A stretch of 57,276 bases of DNA, the filler included, from Trichosphaerium sp. ATCC 40318 (Eukaryota; Protista; Tubulinea), in the NCBI GenBank assembly GCA_038496445.1. It is 3 parts of 3 records of this genome, joined end to end, with 100 filler letters (N's around TTAATTAATTAA, not from the genome) between each part and the next. Parts side by side here need not be neighbours in the genome. Positions count along the whole stretch, not along the records: positions 1 to 19,844 come from JALMLS010000026.1; positions 19,945 to 38,391 come from JALMLS010000089.1; 1 more part is not named here. One strand, written 5' to 3'. The notes under the pieces are model-generated. The model worked only from the letters and a program-made list of their open reading frames with translations. It had not been told where the DNA came from and ran no database searches. Of this stretch, positions 11,598 to 23,936 are shown one piece after another (the stretch's first letter is position 1; the number at the start of each line of letters is the position of its first letter). The position numbers were made by a program, and so were the translations under genes.

Positions 11598-12977
11598 GCA
11601 ACAAACATAAAGTAACCAACCTTAAAAAAAGAAAACCTCAATGGCGAATCATGTCTGAAAAACCAACTGGTGATAGCTCATTCCCAACCTTTGGTTATAA
11701 ACCAAGTTCACAACCACGTATCGGTTTTGGAATAGAGGAGAAGCAACCACGTGCTCGTAATCGAGGTATGTAATCGAGTATGGACGAAGCTAAGGAAAAA
11801 CATAGGCACCCTAGCTGCTCACCAATCACTGCAACGTGACAGACCAAAACGTGCGCCTTTTCTACAAAACTGTTGTACTCATCCAACGCTAGCTCGCAGA
11901 AAGCGTAAAGCAAACGTACAAATACAAAGCGAGGAACCTAAACGCTCGAAGAATAGAGAAGTACACGTGTTTGTTTAACAAGGTTGTTTACTCCCAATTA
12001 GATCGAGGAGAGTTATTTTGGAGGCCAGCTGGGTGACGATTTATGGATCAACGGGCAAGATAACTTGAAATACATCTATGGAGAATTCTTAAGCAGCCCT
12101 GATACTGTTATTGAAGGAGGCACGTTTTAGTATTTGACGAATTAACACTCATATCAATCAAAGATTTTCCACCCTGGTGGTATGCTTCTCATCCAGCAAA
12201 CACAACAGAACAAAGAAAACCTGGTCCCCTTGACAAAGATGTACGCGCTAGTACTCAATACCTTTTAACGTTGCCTAGGTCTCAAACCAACCCGAAGCCA
12301 GTTTTGAACGGCTTCAGCATCATAGGCACACAAGTCCGGGTCACGAAGCTGAAGAATCAGAATCTGAGTCGGAGCCAGAGATGACAAGGTAAGCTAGCGT
12401 TTTTTTACCTTTTCTTACCATCTCTAGCCAAGATATTGCCGATGGCGAGTTACATAGGCATCATGTTCAACGGCCCGCCTACAACAACGACCCAGGTTTC
12501 GGTACTCCATAGTAATTTGCTCATAGAGTTTGAACAACAATACACTAATGAGCGTTGTAGATCCTACACTGGAACAGGCTCCATTCTGTGAACCACAAGT
12601 TGATTCAGATTTAGAAACAACGAATTCTGTATTAGATCAAATGCTAAGCCTTTCGGATTATGACATTACAAATGCACGCTAGCACCACTTTTTTTGAAAT
12701 CAACTTCTAAGACTCACTCGTTATGAAGGTGCCTTCCAGTACTACAAGGACAGAACTCTCTCAAGAGACTTTGCCTGTTGTTACTCTCGACAAATGTTGG
12801 AAGGTAATTCTGAAGGGGTTGGGTTTTAAACCTGAAAGAGCAGAGACAGTTGGGGATATTATGAACTTGACTTGTTTCCAAGTTAGCAAGATTACTCCAG
12901 ATACTTTTGATCTGCTTGAATTAAGTCAAGATGAACGCATCTTGTTTTCCAAGGCAGTAGTTAACAAGACCATTTAA
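11459..12977 (+). CDS. Cassette-family gene E (leader, NLS-like, acidic linker, SAM-like C-terminus), multi-exon
   Basis: Leader ORF 11459..11773; RRKRK cluster; GC-AG intron 12120-12163; EAEESESESEPE acidic stretch; last exon CWKVILKGLGFKPERAETVGDIMNLTCFQVSKITPDTFDLLELSQDERILF. Confidence 0.72.
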
Positions 12978-13330
12978 ACCATGTTTGTACAAACAAGTAA
13001 ACTATTTTGTTGTTAGACCCTACGTTTGTAAGCATCTCATGTTTGAGGAGAGAACAGTTTTTTTGTTTTCTTTGGGGGTTCGAGCTCTCTTAATTTAGGA
13101 GAACGTCTCACGCCAACTTTGACTTCCTCAGTTGGACACTCTCACTCTCGCATACATAAATAGTATGTAGTACCTAGTAAAAACCTTTTCTATCACGGAA
13201 TATCATAGGAAAATTACACGTGAGGTTTAAAAAGAAAAGCTGTACCATTGTTTTTATTAGACAAATCGCACTCAGTTTTCAGCAGCACAGAGAACATTGA
13301 GAATCGTTTAAGGTACAGTTTATTACTGAG

Positions 13331-15662
13331 CTATTGTGATGATATCAGGGTATGATGCCAGTTATCGCAATAAGACCAATACTGTTGGTCCAGAGGAATC
13401 ATTTGAAGAGGTACATTAAATTCAAGAACTTTTTGGCTTGTCCCATAGCTCGCCCATGATGCAGTGGTACCTTGAGGTTTTGCCAAAGCAGACATTGACT
13501 TCCATAAAGTAGCAAATGCATGCTCAACCGTTACATCATCTTCATTGAATACGGTTGCATTGGAAAAAAGATCTGGATTCTGAAATACATACGGCACTAA
13601 ACACGTGTTAGGCAAACTAGTAAACTATGAAGAGAAAAAAAAGCAAGACTCAAACCGACTTACACTCTGAAGTATGTGTTGCGTTGAGGAATGATGCAGG
13701 ACTTTTAGGTACACGTGTAAATAAGTATCGCCAATGAGTGTTCACTTGATACGAACTAATCTTAAGCGATGCAAAATGAGCACCACATCGAACACCTCCG
13801 TCACCAACAATCTTAGCCAAACCTCTCCAGTATCCAACTTGTTCTGTATAATCAGTGTACCTTATATTGTTTAGAAAGGGGCGAAAGAAATGAGATTAAA
13901 CAAGAACGTGCCATTGTAGGACTGTTTTATAGTCCAGGGTATCAGATAGTCTTCCCAAACCTTGTGCAGTTACTTCCACGTATTCTTCATAGGTCACTAG
14001 AAGTGTGTTTATGGTTAGCTTTACAATGGTACAATGTATTACGTACATATCTTTGGTGCACCGATACTATGGTAGATAAAGAAGTTGCCCTCATACCTAC
14101 AATAAGTTAATAAACTAACAAACTTTTCCTTCTTTTTTCTTTTTTTTTTCTGGAAGCTTTCTCAAAGAATTGTTCATTTTTTAGGTTGGTTTTTGAGGTT
14201 TGCTAGGATGGAATTGTTCTCTCAATGCTAACATAGCGGTTCGAAAAATCATATGTAAAATCCAAAGCGTTAAGTAAACCTAGAAACTTACTGATTAGTG
14301 CCAATAATAGACGGTATTTTGTTGTATTCGCCACTTTCAATGATGGCCAAAGGTTGTTTGGGCAAAGATTTACCACCTATATACGGTAAAGCCTTTTGTG
14401 TCGGATGTCCAGCCTGAACAAGATCAGACCCATTGACACTCTGCAAGCAGCTGTAGAGAGTTACTGATATAGGAACATGTCAAGTCAAGTTTCGACTCAC
14501 CTTGTTGAGTATTCTGTGCACCCAACAATGTTTGCGATTTGCTCTCCATATAAGCTTGCTTGAGTAGTGTTTAGCAGAATCCAAGGAGCAGGACTTTCCG
14601 CAATAATAGCTCTACACAATGGTGTTAAGATAACTCGTTTATGTAAGGCTGAGTTGTACTGACCTTAAAGGTGTATTGAAGTTTGATACAGTTGGCATTA
14701 ATCCTTGCATCAACACGCTCATTCCTCCTGCTGACTCTCCGAATAGAGTTATTGAAGAAGGATCTCCTCCAAAGTTTTTAATATTATCATAAACCCATTG
14801 TATAGCCATTGCTTGATCTAACAACCCAACATTCTCGTGATCAGCGTTGTCTTTGTTAAAATAAAAACCAAAGATACCAAGCCGATACCTGTTACCAAAA
14901 TAAATCCTAATCGCTCTTTGTGGCTTGAATAACAAACGTACGGGATTGTGACAATCACAGAGTTGGTGTATGCCGCAAGTTGTCCTGAGGGAAAGTCTGA
15001 AGTACCAGCATGGAGAAATGTTCCCCCATGTACTTGGCAAAGCGTTAGACAAAATAATCCATGGACATGTCCTAAAACTTTTCTTTAGCAACGTACTGAA
15101 AACGAGAACTGGAAGCATTTCTCTTTCTGATGCTGGTTCAAATACGTTCAAGTACAAGCAGTCCTCTGAGTATACTTTACCAGGTTTTTGCTCATCTTGT
15201 AAACACTGAGGTTTAAAACTGTTGCAAGAACAAGTTAGAGAATGATCAGTTGTTGTTACTGGAGAAAATATCGAAAATGGAATCGCAAAAAAAATCACGT
15301 GCTTTGATGCCTTCAAAGTTGTGGTCCATTCTTGAGGCTTCTGAGGCGACTTGAAGCGTAGTGATCCTACTGGAGGCGAAGCGAAAGGTATTCCTAGCAA
15401 AATATATCACGTGTTTGCGGTATATCATGTAATACCTTTAAAATACGCGTACGGAAGTCCCCCTGTAGAATCTACGCCTTATATAAGTTCTAGTTGTTAC
15501 AAAGACTGTGTATGTACCAGTGAAGCCTTCGACAGGACCATACGTTGTTTTAACGATCAAAGACGATCCTTGTGGCACTTCATTGGCCGTGTTGTATGTC
15601 GCCTTGGTAGAAGACACTACGAGAATCAAAATTGTTAACGTAAGCACTTGACGATGATTCAT
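13331..15662 (-). CDS. Secreted type-B carboxylesterase (cholinesterase/lipase family), multi-exon
   Basis: Signal peptide [19 protein letters not shown]; motifs [38 protein letters not shown] and [18 protein letters not shown] (catalytic Ser). Confidence 0.93.
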
Positions 15663-17306
15663 TGCTAAGTTGGTGAACGCGGTGTTGTATTTCAGCAATG
15701 CCAAGATCGAAAAATGTCCACTACATTTGTCGGTAAAATCATATTCCGCTTCCTGTTTCAAAGCAAACAACACAGTTCACAAAAACCGTCTGTTTGGGAT
15801 TATGTTTATCCGCTTTATGCATTTCTTCGTAAAACGTTTATGATTTGAAACTACCTTTGTATCCACCAAACATACTTGCGTGACTCCTTTTTCCAAAGTA
15901 CTTGGATTCATTGCCACTCAACGTGTCAAAGCCATAAAAGCCAAATGCGAAAATGTTAAACAAACTTTAGCTTAGTGATTGATGACTAACTACTGTAGTT
16001 TTTTGTTGGCATGTGGTGAAACAACTTGGCTTTTTGATCTTAAAAACAAAAAAGTACGCCATAAAAGCCAGCTCAAGCTGTTCAAAACTACGCCTAACAT
16101 CTACCAAAAATGATGGTTATACTTTCAAAAAAGACATCGAGGCTAAAAACAACCTTGAGTCATTCTACCACTCACGTGATTGTACAAGCAGATATTATAA
16201 TATAACTTTTCGGAGATGTTGGATAAAGTTGTGGGCGCCCATGTAACGGAACATTGTAATTTCCCAATACATTTAACATTTTATTTGGATAGTCCTTGCT
16301 TTTGTAATTGGTTACTTCAAACAGCTTTTGGCGAAACTCGGAGAATAGACAGTAATTCTTGGCGAATTCGGGTCTTTGGGCAAGTTGTGGTAATGTATCT
16401 GTACTTTAGAAACTTTCTTGGTGTAATTCTCAAAACTCACAGTGGCAAAGGTGGCAGGGAAGAGATTTTCTACTAAATCTGAAGCAAAATCACTCAAGTG
16501 GATTTTGATACCTAGTCACATATTAACCTGTGCTGCCATACCCACCAATGGATGACATTTTGTGAGCGAAGGTCGGGTTCTTGCCCCGAGCGAAGCGATG
16601 GGCCCGACCGAAAACGAACAGTGCTATATTAGCTTGTATTCGCTGTCCCATACTTGAATAGTGTTACACCAAAACTAGGAATACAAAGAATCCACTTTTT
16701 TGTGGAAAATGTGTCGTCTGCACGTTTGATGTTGCAAACGGTTTGCAGAATAAATAGACTGACAAAGGTGTAATCATCGAGGAACAAGAGCATGAAAACA
16801 TTAGTAATACAATTACAGACTTTGGATTGCAGCCATTGCTTAACCTTGAGCAACTAAGACTTGTCTTGGTTTAAAAAGATTACAAATGTTTGAAATACTT
16901 AAAATCTCTGAAAAGTATCGCATTAATGTTTTCTAAAGTTACAAGAGGCTGTTAAGTCAATGGGTAATCAATATATTGACATTATGGAATACACTTATTG
17001 CGATATAAGTGTGCTTCTAGACAAGCATCGTCCAATAAAAAAGCAAGCTTCAGAAGCCACCAGTGTCTTTATATTAGTGTGTTTTGCACCCGTTCTTGAT
17101 CAACAGCAAGAACGTTGACTATTAATGCTGTGATACAACCCACAAACAATGCAATGTGTAATTGATCCAGCTCATTACTAATGAGGAAACTGATACCGTA
17201 GATTGCAGCTTCACAAGCAGGAGAACACAACATCATCAGCTGTCAAGCGAAACAAAAAAAAAGGCGCCTTAGCAAAGAAGCCTTAAGTCAGAATCTCGCT
17301 CTCAAG

Positions 17307-19844
17307 ATGCTAAAGCCTGCATGTCGCACTAATTTGGCCATAATATGTTTGGTTGCGTTTTTACACCTTATAGCCGCTCGAGATACAATCTTAGATGATT
17401 TTCTTGATACAGAATTGCCTGGTTAGTATTTGATGTAGCGTAATAATATCACGTGATCTCAAATAAGCTTCGGAAATAGTTTTTTTTCAAAAACAACAAT
17501 AAAGTTGTTTTTGTTTTAATTTACTTTTATAAAAGGACTAAGGAGGCCAGATGGTCCATTCGAAGTTACAACAACAGCTGTAGTTGGAACCATATTTGGT
17601 GGAGAGCGAGACATGCGTTTATTACCATCAATGGGTACGAGGCCCGTAACAGCTATGGTGAGAACAGGAGATCTATTCTTTGAGAACGGCGCGAGGACAG
17701 CAGGTGCTATTGAAATTGTATACGATGGCGCTGATGGTGATGCTCTTAATGACGCTGAGGGACTGAACGCTGATTTATTTAATAACGGAGGTACGCAGTT
17801 AATAAGTATATGTTTGTAGAAAAAAATCACGTGACAACGTAAATACACGTGTAAACGCCTCAATTAGGTAATTTTTTTGACAATTAACTAAGCGCTAATT
17901 AGACGCTTTTTTGGTGGTTGTTCGGGCTAATGATTTGGCTGTAACGTTCGATTTCGATGTCACAACAATAGCTGAAGGGTTAATACAAAGTTCTACACGC
18001 TTAGAGATGGTTGCTCCTGGTATAGCGGAAGTTATAATTCCGTTTGTACCAAATCTCATCACTGCTTATCGAAACGTTACTCAATTAGTGTTCCGAGTGG
18101 ATATGGACCCAGGTACACTTTATAACCTTCGCTGGTTCTTATTTTCTATCAAATGCCTTAAAATGCTTGTGTGGAGCTGTGCAGTTCTCAGAGTAGATTT
18201 TACGCTTTTCGTTCTTACAGAACCTCGCTTAGCGAAATCCACTCTAAGACTCTTGTTTCCACTTTTATTTTAGTAGTTTCTTCACCTATGGCGCCTTGAA
18301 AAATCAAACCTGTATAATTTCTTCGAGTAGTTAACAAGAATGCACATAATCAATTATTGAAATATTAACTGGTTTTTTTTTTTGACTGTAGAGGTTGATG
18401 TGACGATTTCTCAATTCTGTGTTGTACCAACTATCGAAGCTCTTTTATTTACAGATGTTATATCAGATACGGCACCAACAGGGCCATCAGTTGGTAAGTT
18501 ATTTTAAGATCAAAACTCGTGACGGTTTTTTTCTTACTTTCTGTATCAAAAGGCGATCTATTGCTTGTTGAGGTTGTCGTCTTTAATCCAATTTCTGTTC
18601 CTAATCTTGGTGTTGATGACGTTGCTTTCTTTCATCCACCTTTCGATACATCTATTGCTGTTTTAGAAACAGGATCTGTAATCACTTCAAAGGCACGTGC
18701 TCAGAAGAAATTCCAACAAGAAAAAAAAACTGAAACGAAACCTTCTCATTTTCACCAATAGGGAGAAATCAAGCTTGGAAATGCACCTTCGGATGATCAA
18801 ATATGGATCGCTATTGGACCTATGGCTGATGGAGAGGATGTTACGATAACATTCCATCTTCGATTGATAGCACCTGGGCAACTCTCATTACAAGGAGAGT
18901 TATTCACAACACCTTTTGATTCAGTACCCGTTTTGACTAGTAGTTTCAACAGAGAAGGTGATTTAAGGTGTACTTGTCCGAACGCAACAATAGTTGATGT
19001 TGTTGAAATAGACCAATGTGTAATATCTGAACGTTTTTCAGCGTACGCGTTTAAGAAAATATCACGTGTTCACAAAAGTTCTCAAATGCTTTTTTTTTTC
19101 GGTTTTTTTCTGGGATTTCTTGGTTCTCTAACAGCTTTTTTAAGTGATGATTTGAATCGCAGAGGTACATGGATACTAGAAAATCATCCTAGAGGAGATT
19201 TAGGTACAATCTATGTTTGTGACTAAGCAACAAATGAAACACCTTTTGAAACTTTTTTCGTTCAAAGAATTAAACGTTTTATTAGCTCCACCTGAATACT
19301 GTCTTCGATTGGATGCACTTCCTTTATTCCCTACAGACATGGTACTTATATATTTCATAATAAGATCCTAATAGAAGTCTCTATGCTGATGTAACGGTGT
19401 TTTTGTAGCAAGTTGTTTTTTCATGTGAAGATAACAACCTTCTTATATCTTACGATGGTATTGATACTATTCGTATTTTCGGTACAGTTCGTGGATTCCC
19501 AATAAATGATCCTTCCAACTTCGCAAAGTATGAGGTAGACTTCACGTACAGGTACTTACAAATTAAAATACCATGCAAAAACGACTTAGCAGTCTCATTC
19601 TCTTTTTTTTCTTCAAAATAGGTTTGTTCGAAGGGTTCCAAGTACTGGCATTGCAACAGCTGTGGAGAATCCAAATGAGCGTATTTCGCGTGGTACTATA
19701 AAGTACGACCTCACCTTAGTGATAAACTCGAGTAATCACGCAATAGGGTATCTTCCACTGGTCAAGAGTTTGAGTTGACTGTAGCTCGATCTTGTACGTC
19801 AGCCGCTTCTATGTTGTTTTGTTCTGACTATATGACTTTTAGCT
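17307..19844 (+). CDS. Secreted beta-rich surface protein (GGERD/YDG-DG domain plus DUF11-like Ig domain), multi-exon, probably cut by the gap
   Basis: Signal peptide MLKPACRTNLAIICLVAFLHLIAA; IFGGERDM...IVYDGADGD..GLNADL; VGDLLLVEVVVFN...GSVITSKG...IGPMADGEDVTITF resembles DUF11. Confidence 0.7.
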
Positions 19845-19944
19845 NNNNNNNNNNNNNNNNNNNNNNNNNNNNNNNNNNNNNNNNNNNNTTAATTAATTAA
19901 NNNNNNNNNNNNNNNNNNNNNNNNNNNNNNNNNNNNNNNNNNNN
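19845..19944. other. Artificial scaffold gap (N44-TTAATTAATTAA-N44)
   Basis: 100-bp spacer with stop codons in all six frames. Confidence 0.98.
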
Positions 19945-19969
19945 TTAATAGCATTCCATCCTCATGCAG

Positions 19970-20392
19970 GTACATCACATCAGAAATGAAGTAAACGCTT
20001 ACAACCAACAGGATACATTTGTATTGCGTTCACCCATGCGTTTGCACACCTCTTGAAGAAGACACCTTATGCCGAAGCCTTGGAGACTATAATTTTTGGA
20101 GGTGGGGACACTGATACAAATGCAGCGATTGTAGGTGGACTGCTAGGTAAGCGCAAATAACAAGACAACTTTTGAGGTTTTTTTTCTGGACCATTTTTTT
20201 ATTTGCTTGTATTGTAGCATCTTACTCATTTGTGCAGGTGCTTTGCATGGTGTTTCTGGTATACCACCCTTAATGGTTAATACAGTATTGCAAGCAAAGA
20301 ATCCAGCAAGGAATAGACCATCAACTGTTTCACCAAAGTTAGTACCGAAACTTGCAGAATCTCTTCTCAAAGTTGCACCAACAAAGTTGTAA
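19970..20392 (+). CDS. ADP-ribosylglycohydrolase (ARH/DraG family), 3' fragment
   Basis: GYICIAF...IIFGGGDTDTNAAIVGGLLG|ALHGVSGIP: the family GGDTDT motif. Confidence 0.88.
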
Positions 20393-20813
20393 CGACTGAT
20401 TTGACAGCAAGTTTCCTCATGACTTCTCATGAGAATAGTAGTTTTTGCGCCTTTAGTTCGGATTTAGGCTCAATGAAGAATATAAATAATTATAATGCTA
20501 CCTGTAAGGACAAAATAAAAAATTCAATCAAAAATGAGTTGAACACATGATGAAAAAAAAAAGAAGCTATTCCCTGTGGTGGTTCAGTTTGGGAATTCCC
20601 GTTTTCTGGCTATGTAGTTCTAAAAGGTGTACTATCCTATTCGTTCTTGCTCTGTTTGCCGATTGTTGATATTTTGAAGGAACAGGATGGAGTTTTCGAG
20701 GAAGCCGAAGGTACATGGAAAATAATATGTGTTTATTTATTTTTCAACATCAACACAATGCGTTCTGTTAAAACGAGAGTTTTTTACACACTTTGTTACA
20801 ATAAGTACTTGAA

Positions 20814-23800
20814 TTAGGTGCTCTCAAAGTGAACTACAATTGGAAGAGTTAAGCATAGGTGAATAAAATTGTGATAAAAACAACTTACTCTTCTTCCAGG
20901 TCTACTTGTTTACCCTCATCATCCTCTTTTTTCTCTCCGTTTCCATCTCCGGTTTCACCGTTTTTATCTTCATCAACAACAACATGCATTTCTTTATCTT
21001 CTTTAGCAGGAGAAGCAGAAGCACTAGATTTTCCCCTTTGATGTGTTAGTAACAAAGAAAGTAAAAACGAAGCTATTCGTACTTTATTCTCAATCTCCTT
21101 CTCAATCTCCATAGAACGCAGCAAGCCATTGTAGCGATAATAACAAAGAATATTAAGAATAGAACAAGCGCAATAATAGCTCCAGTATGGCCCTTGCATG
21201 AAATATTTGTTACTTCACTTGTGCTTGCTACTAAACAGCAAGTCAACAAAAAAAACCACTCGCTACACTTGCAAAAATATCTCAACACAGCTCTTATGAG
21301 CCAACAAGTTCTTCTAACGTGACAAATTCACGTGAAAGAGGGTTGATCATCGCAGTAACATTTAAATAAAAAAAATAGATAAATTAAATCGACATACGTG
21401 AAGGAGGAGTGGTTTGTACTGGGATTTCTAGCAGTTGGCAGAAATCTCCAGTGTACCCAGGGTTACAATGACATTTATCAATTTGGCAAACACCATTTTG
21501 TCCGCAACCAGGTAAGCATGAGACTATGATAAAGTTGTTAGCTTTAATGAGTTTAAGAACAAGGACAGGCAACATACACGATAGAGAGTCTTGGAATTCG
21601 CATTCTAAGTCATCAGGTGTCTGGAAGAGGTGTGTTTTTTCTCCTGACCATGGCAAGAAGTTAATTACGTCATAAACGATATGCATAGGTTCCCAAATGC
21701 CAGCAGGTTCTCTACGCCGTCCTTGAATATCAACTCTAAAAAAAACAGAATTATTCCAACATCCAAAGAATTGAGTAGTAAAGAGTTTTCAAGGTATCAC
21801 TAAATAATTCATCCGATAAAAAATAATTACGCCGAAGAGTAACAAGTACACCAAAGGTGCTTTAAAAACCTCTTTGAGTCAGGAAAGAGAAGAGGCATGG
21901 TCAGTTTTTGATTGACATAAAAATGAATACCTTACAGGCACTTCTTGTGCTTCAGAAATAGCAGTTCCATTTGGGAATACGTATCCGATGGACCAAGGCT
22001 CTGCAAGGAAGTAGAAGTAACTTACAACATCAATCTCGCCATTTCTGTCAGTGCGTATCTAAATACATGAGAACGAAGTAAAAAAAAGAGCAAACAGCAA
22101 AAAAAAATAAAACTGGATTTGTTTTCTGATTTGTACAGGTGGGGAGGACTTCCAATAATGTACGTCTCTGCCTCTGACAGTAGTCATACCTTGGTACTCT
22201 TCACCATATGTCCTACATAAATATTTAACATAACAGAAGATGAAAAGAGTTTTTGTACTCTCCAAACCGCCACAAGTCTGCAGAGGTCTTGAGATGGTAG
22301 GTATGATTGGTTATATCAAGACCAGCGCCATCCAGCTTGGATATCTTACAAAGGTGATCATTTTCAGTTCTTGTAAGACTGATAGTAGCACCCTACGACA
22401 AACAAGTTAGAACAACCATTTGTAGAGTGCGTAGTTGAAACAGCAGGGTCACTTCAATAACTACGTGCTGCGCTTGGTACGCACCTTATCTAAGCGGAAT
22501 ATCTGAGTATAGTCAGCGGATGGGTTCATATGCCACTCAAACATAAACACATTTGCGCCATAGTCGTAATGTTCAGCTAGCGTAAAAATAAATTAATCAC
22601 GTGCTTACGTACAATATTTTCAAACAAAAATTGTTGTCCCGGACGTACTTAGGGTCTGAGTTGTGTTGGCAACGAAATCGGTAATTTCAATCGTGGCAGA
22701 CCATTGGAGAGGTATTGTTGGTAATTCTCTTGTTTGGAGAGATCCACAATCGAGCCTATCGTCAATCTGTAACAAAAATAAACTCGAATGAACACGTTAT
22801 TTTTTTTTTACTTGAAACACGCGATAAACCGTGTACGCCTTATAAACTAAGTACCTGAAAATCAAAATCATCTACTCTGAGTGTGGCCCCAAAAAATTAT
22901 ACTCGGTTGCGTCAGCGTATGCGTCTCCGTCGTGAGTATCAACTTCTACTCTAAAAAAAACCATTAGGTCTGTTATGAATTCTAGATAAAGCGGGTAAAG
23001 TGAAAAGCAAAAGAACCATACTTCAGTGGTAGCGTAAAGTTATCGCTGTGGTAATATTGCCTGAAATTAAAGTGAGTAAACCGGGAGAAATATGTGAAAA
23101 GAAAAGCAAAAAAACTTTGTTGGTTACCAATTTTCGTCTGGTCTAGGAAAGTAGTATGTGATATCAAGCATCTCTACTAGCTCACCATCAACGGTAGAAT
23201 TACCGGTTCTTTTGAACACATTTGCAGGGATCCCTCTTACAAAATCGAAGCCAGGTACATAAATTGCTGGTACGTCCTAGCGAATATTATCAGAAAAAAA
23301 CCGAAGCCGTTTTTGAAAAAGTTTTATCGTACAGCATCAAGACCAAAGAGAAATAGCTCTTCCACCGTTCTCATCTTGGCGTTCTCATCTCCCTCTAACT
23401 GACGTACGTCTTGAACCGTACAAGTCGTGTGGTCACGTATTGTGTATGCTTCATTCTAAAAAGTAAAATAAGATTAAAAAAAGCGCGCTATCGAATAAAT
23501 ATAATAATATACTATACTACATACCGTTGCGTAATTTTTTATAATTTTAAAGGTACCAAAACTTGTTGTAGATTGGTAGTACTCTCTTTGGTTTGGAAAG
23601 TCTAAAAACAGAACAGTCAGACGTAGGTAAGGTGGAATATCGCGCTATCACGTGATAAACCCCAAAAAACCAGAAAAACAATTGGTTTTTGCTTTTCGGC
23701 TCTGTTACATACCAAACACTTCGTAGACGGCTTGAGTAGTTGACTCTTGTAGATCTACTATCTCAACACCAACAGAGAATGAGTCTGGATACTCTGGGAA

Positions 23801-23936
23801 CGGTACTGTGATTTGAGAGCTAAGTAAAAGCTTGAGAAACTACTTTAGATAAAACGGAAAGCTTTTCATACGTGGCAACCTGGAAAAGGGTGCATAAAAC
23901 AAGTACAGCGCCTATGACGAGTTGCGGCTTTATCAT
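20814..23936 (-). CDS. Type-I membrane protein: signal peptide, two ependymin-related/LolA-like domains, EGF-like domain, TM helix, charged tail
   Basis: MIKPQLVIGAVLVLC; repeated PEYPDSFSVGVE/PTIPLQWSATIE and VRGIPANVF/VRGRDVHYW; CGQNGVCQIDKCHCNPGYTGDFC; TM GAIIALVLFLIFFVIIATMACC then RLRRR. Confidence 0.72.

Larger units (their letters stand above)
9770..14326. repeat. Right arm of large inverted duplication
   Basis: Reverse complement of 1-~4490. Confidence 0.92.

Noticed and set aside
1346-12977. Cassette locus as a mating-type locus or an autonomous transposon/provirus
   Set aside because: No homeodomain, HMG, transposase, recombinase or capsid motif is recognisable in the region, so neither label is supported.
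19845-19944. TTAATTAATTAA palindrome inside N runs (also 38392-38491)
   Set aside because: Assembly linker with six-frame stops. It is not biological, and adjacency across it cannot be trusted.
19970-20392. ADP-ribosylglycohydrolase plus NADAR-like gene (53179-54190) as a linked ADP-ribosylation system
   Set aside because: They are 33 kb apart and separated by an artificial gap; there is no evidence of linkage.
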